From positions 51,572 to 115,571 of the IMG/VR virus record IMGVR_UViG_3300018080_000122: a stretch of DNA of 64,000 bases. One strand, 5' to 3'. Positions 57,239-64,000 of this stretch are shown piece by piece. Each line of letters starts with the position of its first letter. Position 1 is the stretch's first letter. The stretch comes from a virus. The notes under the pieces were generated by a model. That model ran no database searches and was not told the DNA's origin. It worked only from the letters and a program-made list of their open reading frames with translations. The position numbers and the translations under genes are program-made.

Positions 57239-58924
57239 CTATTTCGGCTGCCTCGCTCCAATCGCCTGTGCAATACCAGGAGCAAAAACATTAGCCCATG
57301 CGTTTCCACCCGCAGACGACTGTTCAACCTGGCTGTCTTGGCCAGGAATCACTTGGGAAACGCCCTCAGTCTTCTCGACCTTCTCGATCCGACTGCTCAG
57401 CCCGCTGAGGGTCTTCACAATTTGGTCAAGTTGACCACCCAATGCCTTGATCGTGGCCTCGGCAGTCTCATCTTTGGTGTCTTCTACAGGAGTTTCGTCC
57501 TCACTGTCAGTTTCTTCAGCGGGAGTCTCTTCTGCTTCTTCCACCTCAGTTTCAGTCGTGTCGTCCTCTTCGTCGGGCGTGGACTTCACGGCTTCCATCG
57601 CGTCGATTCGCTTGCCAAGGCCTTCAACCTTATCAGCGATTTGAGTGACGGTGTCACTCAACTTAGCCAAGACACCGTCTACGGAAGGCGTCTCAGTTTT
57701 CTTAACGTCGGTGCCTTCGGGCTGTTCTCCGTCGGCGTCCTTCGTAACTTCATCATCAATACCCAGCACCATTTTTACCCCCTTGAGGAAGTGCTTTCTA
57801 ACAGGGTCCGTTTCCACTTCTTCGGCGTGCGAGATCAGAAGGGAAACCTCAGAAACGCCAGCGGACTTCATCGCCTCAAGACGGGCGTCCACAATCTTCT
57901 TGGAAAGCCCCTCATTAGTAAGTGCGATATCTGAAAACTCATGGCCTTCGTTGACCAGGCGTTCCATGACATTCTTGGCCGACTTCAAGATTGCTTGCTG
58001 TTCCTCAGAAGCGTTGACCGTGAGCTTATCGATGTGCGCAATGGCGTCTGAGAAACTCTTCTTGACGTCGTCTGCGAAGGGGACGAAGAATTTCACAGCT
58101 TCCGGTGCAGCATCTTCCACTGCCTCTTCTTCCTGCTCTTCTTCCTCTTCCTTGTCCTCTTCAGGCGCGTCCTCAGTAGGTGCGTCTTCAGTGGGGGTGT
58201 CCTGATCAGTGGACTCGTCAGGCGTGGTGTCTTCCGAAGCAGCTGCACCTTCAGTTTTCTCAACGTCATCCGAAGGCGTCCCCGCCGCCTGGAGAGTCTC
58301 TTCGTCCTTCGTCTTCATGCTTTGACCTCCAGAAGAATCGGTTCCCTCACCAGCAGGGAGATTTCCGCCCTGCTCCGTAAAGTAGTCTGTAAGCGCCTTA
58401 GAAATGTACCACCGAAGGGTACGAGCTTCGGGGTTGGCAGGCACCGATACGATAGAGCACTCAAACAATTTGAGGCTCTTGATGACTCGGATATATCTGT
58501 TGAGAGTAGCTGAGAATTCTCGATCAACAGAATAAATTTTTCCACGTACGCTGAATTTGTTCAGCGTGCCGTCCTGGATTTGCTCCCAGATCTTTGGCTC
58601 GGTCTTGGAGATTTTTATTTTGACCCAAATCTGACCTTCGGGTAACACCTTGACATCTTGTATGGAGCCGATGGGGCGGTCTTTATCGTGATTGTAGAGG
58701 CAAGTTTGATAACTCTTTAGGTTCTCTGCCCCTTCTTGGAGGGCGGCTATGTCGATTCGGTCGTCTTCCGAATCTATGTCGTCTGTAGCCGCGTATCCTT
58801 CAACGAACCAGTGCTCTTGCTTCTTTTTTTCTAACTGATCAGGATCACCTGCCTTCTTGGTGATGGTCTCCCATTTAACAACTGACAGATCAGCTGAAAA
58901 TGGAACAAGGAGTGACTGGCTCAT
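57239..58924 (-). CDS. HK97-type prohead protease fused to an acidic scaffold-like region
   Basis: VEGYA....D...D, LYNHD...PIG, G.L..FSVRG, E.SIVSVPANP.A; long acidic/coiled-coil C-terminus. Confidence 0.9.
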   Translation of the reverse strand: MSQSLLVPFSADLSVVKWETITKKAGDPDQLEKKKQEHWFVEGYAATDDIDSEDDRIDIAALQEGAENLKSYQTCLYNHDKDRPIGSIQDVKVLPEGQIWVKIKISKTEPKIWEQIQDGTLNKFSVRGKIYSVDREFSATLNRYIRVIKSLKLFECSIVSVPANPEARTLRWYISKALTDYFTEQGGNLPAGEGTDSSGGQSMKTKDEETLQAAGTPSDDVEKTEGAAASEDTTPDESTDQDTPTEDAPTEDAPEEDKEEEEEQEEEAVEDAAPEAVKFFVPFADDVKKSFSDAIAHIDKLTVNASEEQQAILKSAKNVMERLVNEGHEFSDIALTNEGLSKKIVDARLEAMKSAGVSEVSLLISHAEEVETDPVRKHFLKGVKMVLGIDDEVTKDADGEQPEGTDVKKTETPSVDGVLAKLSDTVTQIADKVEGLGKRIDAMEAVKSTPDEEDDTTETEVEEAEETPAEETDSEDETPVEDTKDETAEATIKALGGQLDQIVKTLSGLSSRIEKVEKTEGVSQVIPGQDSQVEQSSAGGNAWANVFAPGIAQAIGARQPK

Positions 58925-59179
58925 AAATGCCCTCTCAACCTTACCAATCCGATCTAGTTAGATCGACCTGTAACGGGAGCCGTACAACACACGATTTACC
59001 CGATTCAACACCAGGAAGCAAGTGCCCATCTTCAATTTTTTGTTTTAATTGATTTGGAGAAGGAGATATATTGGCGTGTAAAGTGGTTTGTACTAGTATG
59101 TTACTTACAATCACGTGCTTTCATCCGTGCAACAATCAAATCCTATAAAAACGAGGATAGCAAAGACGGGCAATCATGT

Positions 59180-60931
59180 CTAGTTGTTCTCGGTTTCTAT
59201 ACCTTCGTCGTGTGTCTTCTTTGGCCTACTCTTGAAGAATAAGTTGACCTGTTCACCTACTTGGGCCTCCATGAACGCACGAAGTTCTTCCAGTAACTCT
59301 CTGTCTTCGCCAGTGAGCCCTTTCTCTGCCTCTTCCTCTTCTTGCTCGTCATTCTTCTCGTTGTCTTCCTTCTCCTTATCTTCCTTCTTACTCACAGAGG
59401 CGTCTTCTTTGAACTCACCAATGAGTGGAATCAGCCCAGCTCTAGCCATTGCAGGACTGACTTGCAGTTCCGTCAGCGCGTAGGATACTGGTTTGTTAGC
59501 GAAGGGCTCTTCGTCCGTAAACGCGGGCTTACCAAGTTCCTGACGTATCTCGTTAGGTGTGAGCGCGCCCATCTGGGCGTACTTCTGGTGAATATCGGCC
59601 TGTTCGTCCACATGGATAGCTGAAGGTCTTCTCAGTTTGAATTTAACTAGCACGTCTTCTGGAGGGGGAAGAGGTTCATGAATTCCCCCTGCCAGAATAT
59701 CCAAACAGAGCAGGTTGTTTATCGTGTATTCCAACTCCAACCTGGCAGGTTCAAATTCCTGCTCGTTGGTGATCTGACGCTCGATTGACGCGTTCGCCCT
59801 GTTGGAACTGGAAGGCGCGAAGAAGATCTTGGCGATACCAAAAACTTCTCTGATCTCTTCGTTGTTGGCTTCTTGGTATTTCCTGAAGCTGGCCTCGTCT
59901 TCCACGCCGAGAGTAAGTTTCTCAACATTAATTGCTACGTTTGAACTACCGGGCGTTCCGCCTGGGTGTCTTGGCTCTGCCTGCATAATGCAGACGCGGT
60001 GGGCATTGGAAGGACCTTTGCCTCTCAGCTCGAAGAACTGCCGCATGGCCTGCACAGACTTGTCCAGAAGTTTGCCTCCAGTAATAGTGATGAGTAGTCG
60101 GGGCACAGCATCATTCTCGAAGAAGGACACGTTGCGCATAGACGCGTAACGGTTGCCCGCTACTGCTGGAACAGCTGGATACCACCTCGGTACGCCGTAC
60201 CAGTAAGATCTCACCGACTCTATTTTAAAATGGATGAGCTCCGTGGCCCGCTTATCTTTGGCAACCACCTTGCCGCGCTCACCCGTCTCCGCGTTCATCA
60301 TTTCAGTATCTCGAAAATGCTTGAAATACTTTGTTCTGTCGCACCTGGTTTGGGCGAAGCCGGTTCCATCTTCAAGGAGCCTAACAGTTCGTCCGGGCAC
60401 ATGGTAGAGCCCTGCTATCTCTCCTGCCAGATTCCTCGTCACCTCCATATAGCCATTGCCAATAGTCTCTTCGTCCACCCGAACAAGCTCTAGAATCTTA
60501 GACATGGACGTCATCTTATTTGGAGACTGGTTGGGCCGTAGGAAGACCGCGTTCAGCTGTTTTGTCTGATCTTCTATTTTGGTCTTCTCGGCTTCGGTGG
60601 TGTTCTCACCAATTGGGTCTTTAGGTTGAACCGAGCCACCGAGGCCTCCTGTGTTTCTAGCGTAAGTCCTAATGCATCTTGATAGCCTGGAGTTGATGTC
60701 AGGGCAAGCAGCCAAAAGATCGAGATCCACAGGGGGAGGGACTAACGCTTTCCCGCTGGCAGCAATATCAATGGTGGCCTCTGGATTAGACGGAGGCAAT
60801 TGCTGGCTATCTAGGGAGCCTAGAACAAACGCCTTCACCACTTCCATGTTGTCGCCTTCGATATTCTCCAATCCCCCAGAGTAATTCGTGGTGTTCATCG
60901 CCGTATCGAATTCTTGAATAGGCTGGTCCAT
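59180..60931 (-). CDS. portal protein (PBSX/HK97-like)
   Basis: D.ETIGNGYMEV.RN..G....LYHVP..TVR, ELIHFK, YGVP.W, FFENDAVP, D.ASF..Y, LTPNEIRQELG. Confidence 0.9.
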   Translation of the reverse strand: MDQPIQEFDTAMNTTNYSGGLENIEGDNMEVVKAFVLGSLDSQQLPPSNPEATIDIAASGKALVPPPVDLDLLAACPDINSRLSRCIRTYARNTGGLGGSVQPKDPIGENTTEAEKTKIEDQTKQLNAVFLRPNQSPNKMTSMSKILELVRVDEETIGNGYMEVTRNLAGEIAGLYHVPGRTVRLLEDGTGFAQTRCDRTKYFKHFRDTEMMNAETGERGKVVAKDKRATELIHFKIESVRSYWYGVPRWYPAVPAVAGNRYASMRNVSFFENDAVPRLLITITGGKLLDKSVQAMRQFFELRGKGPSNAHRVCIMQAEPRHPGGTPGSSNVAINVEKLTLGVEDEASFRKYQEANNEEIREVFGIAKIFFAPSSSNRANASIERQITNEQEFEPARLELEYTINNLLCLDILAGGIHEPLPPPEDVLVKFKLRRPSAIHVDEQADIHQKYAQMGALTPNEIRQELGKPAFTDEEPFANKPVSYALTELQVSPAMARAGLIPLIGEFKEDASVSKKEDKEKEDNEKNDEQEEEEAEKGLTGEDRELLEELRAFMEAQVGEQVNLFFKSRPKKTHDEGIETENN

Positions 60932-60933
60932 GG

Positions 60934-61266
60934 CTAACCTCGTTTAGCGGGGTGGTTAGGGTGTGTCTCGCAGGCTTCGTGTTTAGGGCCTATTGTAAAC
61001 CCCCTGTCCAAACACCGTCCCATTTTCTTGCTAGTGGACTTATATCTGGGACATGTTCCACAGGTAGGTAATGAAACGAGATCTACGGCGTCGTCCATCA
61101 TCAAGTTGATGTCTCGTAAGTACGCATACCCCCCTGACACCGTGATGAGATCCCACCCATCGAGACCCATTCGTTTTACGTTCTCCCACCCCTCTTCAGT
61201 TTTAATATCCACACGCTCAAAACGAAAAGCAACGCCGCCCATGAACGGAACGAGATCCTCTTCCAT
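60934..61266 (-). CDS. DUF4177-like domain plus Cys-rich metal-binding domain
   Basis: MGLDGWDLITV, then CGTC...C...C..H. Confidence 0.5.
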   Translation of the reverse strand: MEEDLVPFMGGVAFRFERVDIKTEEGWENVKRMGLDGWDLITVSGGYAYLRDINLMMDDAVDLVSLPTCGTCPRYKSTSKKMGRCLDRGFTIGPKHEACETHPNHPAKRG

Positions 61267-61739
61267 TACACCGCCTCAAGATATTTGACGTACACTTCGT
61301 CTAGTGGATCTAGAGTATACTCTCTGTCAAGCCACGTCAAAGAGGTGCCAGACAAAGTGAAGTCCAGCCCAAGTACAGCCTCAACGCCATTGATCCTCAT
61401 ACGGAACGTATCGTTGTCCACCGGAGCAGAGGGAATAACAATCGCCGTCTGACCAACGTGACTAATTACTATCTGCGTCCACGGCGTCCAAGCCTGCTGT
61501 TCAACTTCTACAGGACCCCCAGTTTGAAGTGAGTCACCAGGAGATAGGACGGCCCCTCCTATCTTACGTTGCAGTGTCCCGGCATTGAGGTGGCCAACCA
61601 ACTCCGTGTCAGCCTTTAGAACCTCTATATCATGGGTTTTGAGTAAGTCTAGATCTTCTCCTGCTGGGATCTCGGCCCCTAAATAATTTAGAAAAACCGA
61701 AGACACGCCAGGATTATGGATGATGAAATCGTCAGCCAC
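61266..61739 (-). CDS. putative virion protein
   Basis: C-terminal P......INGV.....DFTLSG..LTW......D.V.V.Y domain shared with 24534..26156. Confidence 0.55.
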   Translation of the reverse strand: MADDFIIHNPGVSSVFLNYLGAEIPAGEDLDLLKTHDIEVLKADTELVGHLNAGTLQRKIGGAVLSPGDSLQTGGPVEVEQQAWTPWTQIVISHVGQTAIVIPSAPVDNDTFRMRINGVEAVLGLDFTLSGTSLTWLDREYTLDPLDEVYVKYLEAV

Positions 61740-61748
61740 TGGAACCTC

Positions 61749-62357
61749 CTAGTCGCGTCTCGCAGCGACTTTAACCTGGACAGCGATCCTGCAAGCTTCC
61801 CCGGTAGCAGTGGCCCTGACGCCTAGAAGTTGACCGGCGTTTATAGGATAGTCGAGCTCTGCACTACTGAACGTTGTCCCTCTAGAGGCGTTGAACTGGT
61901 ATGTAGGACTTCCAATGTTGCCGTCTATAACCAAGTCAATCGTCTTTGATGTCGGTCCGTCGTTTGATCTAGCAGCAGCAACACCTAGAATGACCATGTC
62001 TTTGCGGCACACGTAAGCGATGTCAGCAGAAGGGCCTGTCCTCACCAACTCCAAGAAAGTCCCGTCGGCGGCGTCTGAACCAAACGCAATCTCAAAAATA
62101 TGCCCCAGCCAACGACCACTGCCAGAATTCCTCCAGGAATGCCAGACCAACCATTCTCCACGAAGGACGTCTCCAGTGCCAGATGGGACCCACACTGACC
62201 CATCAATTTTGAAGACCGGTTCTGTAACTGAATCGAATGATTGGCCCGCTAGTGGGCCGAGAGGATCGGTTCCGTTTGGCTGGTGGGTTGTTCCGTGCGA
62301 AGCTGGAGGGCCTCCAGCAGCACCAGCAGCTGCGCCGAATCCGTTAGACAGTCCCAT
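61749..62357 (-). CDS. putative virion fibre/decoration protein
   Basis: H..TH...G.DPL fibre motif; C-terminal jelly-roll (INAGQLLGVR) like family B; GGAGGAG SD. Confidence 0.55.
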   Translation of the reverse strand: MGLSNGFGAAAGAAGGPPASHGTTHQPNGTDPLGPLAGQSFDSVTEPVFKIDGSVWVPSGTGDVLRGEWLVWHSWRNSGSGRWLGHIFEIAFGSDAADGTFLELVRTGPSADIAYVCRKDMVILGVAAARSNDGPTSKTIDLVIDGNIGSPTYQFNASRGTTFSSAELDYPINAGQLLGVRATATGEACRIAVQVKVAARRD

Positions 62358-62482
62358 ATAACTCCTCCACGTGTGGAGTGAGATGGCGAGAAATAGTCAT
62401 CGTTTCAGCATAGCAAAATCAGAGGAGGGTACGCCACTGAAAGGTATGGAACTATTTATAAACGGGCATGGAGAGGGGGTGT

Positions 62483-63259
62483 TTAGAGTTGTTGTACCAT
62501 TTCCTGGAAGGATTTAGGATTTATTTCGAACCCGATACAACGTCGATCCATTCTTTTGGCGACCTTGGCTGTCGTGAACCCTCCAAGGAAAGGGTCGAGC
62601 ACCAGATCGCCAGGACTGGACGAATACTGCAGTATCTTCTCGATTACGTCTTCTGGTAATTGGTTCTGGTTCTTCTCCTGTCCTCTGTTATAGGGTCTCT
62701 TGATAACCCACACGTCCTCAAGGTCTCGATAGAGCAACGACCCTCGTTCGTCGTTCTCACCAAACTTGTGACGGCACTCAGTATGAAATATCCTCGTGGC
62801 GCCTTTCTTCGTCCAGAAATAGATGTGGTAGTGGCTGGACACAAACTTTCTCTTAGTGCAGACACCGAACTGGTATTTCCAGATGATCTCATTCACTTCA
62901 GTAAGGACGGTTTCGTGCAGGGCCGTCTTCACCAAGTGACCAAACGTCCACCCAGAGAACACATAAACTGACCCGCCCGGCTTCAGGAGCCTCGCAGCCT
63001 CCTGCACCCACTGCCTGGAGAATTCCAGGTATCCTTGTGCGTCTGTAGGCGCTTCTACGTAACCACCCCACACCAAAGAATCGTCTCGATTGTAAGAGGA
63101 TTTAGGATTTCCGATACCATAAGGAGGGTCCGCCACGATAAGATCTACGCACTCATCTGGTAAGCGCTTCATTCCTTCTACACAGTCGCAGTTCCAAAAT
63201 GCGTAGCGAATTTTGTTGACGTTTTTGGCTGCTTTCTTGGACGGTAGCGAATCCTTCAC
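62483..63259 (-). CDS. beta-class DNA N4/N6 methyltransferase
   Basis: DC.EGMK.LPD..VDLIVADPPY, RLLKPGGS, IIW, DVW, SS.PGDLVLDPFLGGFTT, IGFEIN. Confidence 0.92.
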   Translation of the reverse strand: MKDSLPSKKAAKNVNKIRYAFWNCDCVEGMKRLPDECVDLIVADPPYGIGNPKSSYNRDDSLVWGGYVEAPTDAQGYLEFSRQWVQEAARLLKPGGSVYVFSGWTFGHLVKTALHETVLTEVNEIIWKYQFGVCTKRKFVSSHYHIYFWTKKGATRIFHTECRHKFGENDERGSLLYRDLEDVWVIKRPYNRGQEKNQNQLPEDVIEKILQYSSSPGDLVLDPFLGGFTTAKVAKRMDRRCIGFEINPKSFQEMVQQL

Positions 63260-63273
63260 CGCACGCCTCCATT

Positions 63274-63300
63274 AAAAAGAGGAGGGCCGAAACCCTCCTC
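63274..63300 (-). terminator. rho-independent terminator
   Basis: 8-bp stem GAGGAGGG/CCCTCCTC with a 6-nt loop, followed by TTTTT on the minus strand. Confidence 0.8.
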
Positions 63301-63319
63301 AATCTCACGTAACTACTAT

Positions 63320-64000
63320 CTAGTCGTCGCCAAGTGGCGGACGTCTACGTCTGCGGCGTTTCGGTGCGGGAGGAGGGTCTTCTTCTTCCTCCTCCTCTTC
63401 AGGTTCAGGTTCAGGTTCATAAGCACGTCTGCGTCTACGGCGTTTCGGCTGCTCAGGCTCATCGTCCTCTTCTTCAAGGTCTTCGAGATCTTCTTCAGGG
63501 TCTTCGAGATCTTCTTCTGGTTCAGGTTCAGGTTCAGGTTTCTTCTTGGGGCGGCCGCGCTTTTTCTTGGGTTTTTCTTCTTCGTCTTCTTCCTTTTTCT
63601 TCCGGGGGCGACCTCTGCGGCGTTTAGGCGGGGGTGCTTCTTCTTCCTCTTCCTCGCCATTGTCTACGTCTTCTGGCGTCGCATCGTCATCAACGTAGTC
63701 TTCTACCCGGCGAGGCGGAACTTCTTCCTCTTCTTTTTTCTTGGTTTTTTTCTTGGCCTTCTTTTTACCAGACGAAGATGCCTTCGGCTTCTCCTCTTCG
63801 GATTTGCTCTTCTGTTTCTTTGAAGATTTCTTCGACGACTCCTCGTTTCCCTCAATCTCTTTAAGGTCAACTGAAAGGGCCACATGGGCAACCATTTTGA
63901 AGACAAACGCAGGCCCTTCAACGCCATTAGCTTCCAGAGTGCCAGCAATATCTTCGAGATCGTCTCCAGTTAGGTGAACCGAACGCCCTCCAGAAGTGAG
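63320..64000 (-). CDS. low-complexity acidic/basic protein with AT-hook motifs, 5'-truncated
   Basis: Frame open to the window end; RRRGRPRKK and KRGRPKK between poly-Glu tracts and (EP)n repeats. Confidence 0.7.
   Translation of the reverse strand, partial: LTSGGRSVHLTGDDLEDIAGTLEANGVEGPAFVFKMVAHVALSVDLKEIEGNEESSKKSSKKQKSKSEEEKPKASSSGKKKAKKKTKKKEEEEVPPRRVEDYVDDDATPEDVDNGEEEEEEAPPPKRRRGRPRKKKEEDEEEKPKKKRGRPKKKPEPEPEPEEDLEDPEEDLEDLEEEDDEPEQPKRRRRRRAYEPEPEPEEEEEEEDPPPAPKRRRRRRPPLGDD

Noticed and set aside
1-64000. Stop-codon reassignment (TAG or TGA recoding)
   Set aside because: Conserved genes are full length in code 11 and end in all three stop codons. Many short gaps are multiples of three, but they involve mixed stops and often contain SD sites.
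1-64000. tRNA, rRNA, integrase or att sites
   Set aside because: None recognised, and the few gaps long enough show no cloverleaf. A tRNAscan/Infernal run would be the proper check.

Overview
A 64-kb segment of a large contractile-tailed (myovirus-like) dsDNA bacteriophage genome read in the standard code, with strong Shine-Dalgarno sites and tightly packed genes. The left ~7.9 kb (+ strand) holds DNA-metabolism genes: a SWIM zinc-finger protein, two amino-methyltransferases (one circularly permuted), a Ycf46-type AAA+ ATPase, HU with a Lys-rich tail, a deoxynucleoside kinase and a thymidine kinase. The rest (- strand, read right to left) is a virion morphogenesis region: AT-hook protein, beta-class methyltransferase, portal, prohead protease-scaffold, HK97-type major capsid protein with a ~130-aa insertion, neck proteins, sheath, two tubes, a tail chaperone with a -1 slippery site, tape measure, two tube-initiator-like proteins, LysM-like protein, hub, spike, gp25, and baseplate J and I. 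About 23 kb of fibre, spike and decoration genes built from a shared set of domains follow, interrupted by a lipoprotein/metalloprotease cassette and ending in an NlpC/P60, phosphoesterase and membrane-protein cluster. The tail resembles extracellular contractile injection systems (eCIS). I saw no terminase, canonical endolysin, integrase, tRNA, CRISPR array or reverse transcriptase. All family assignments come from recognising motifs by eye; no database search was run.
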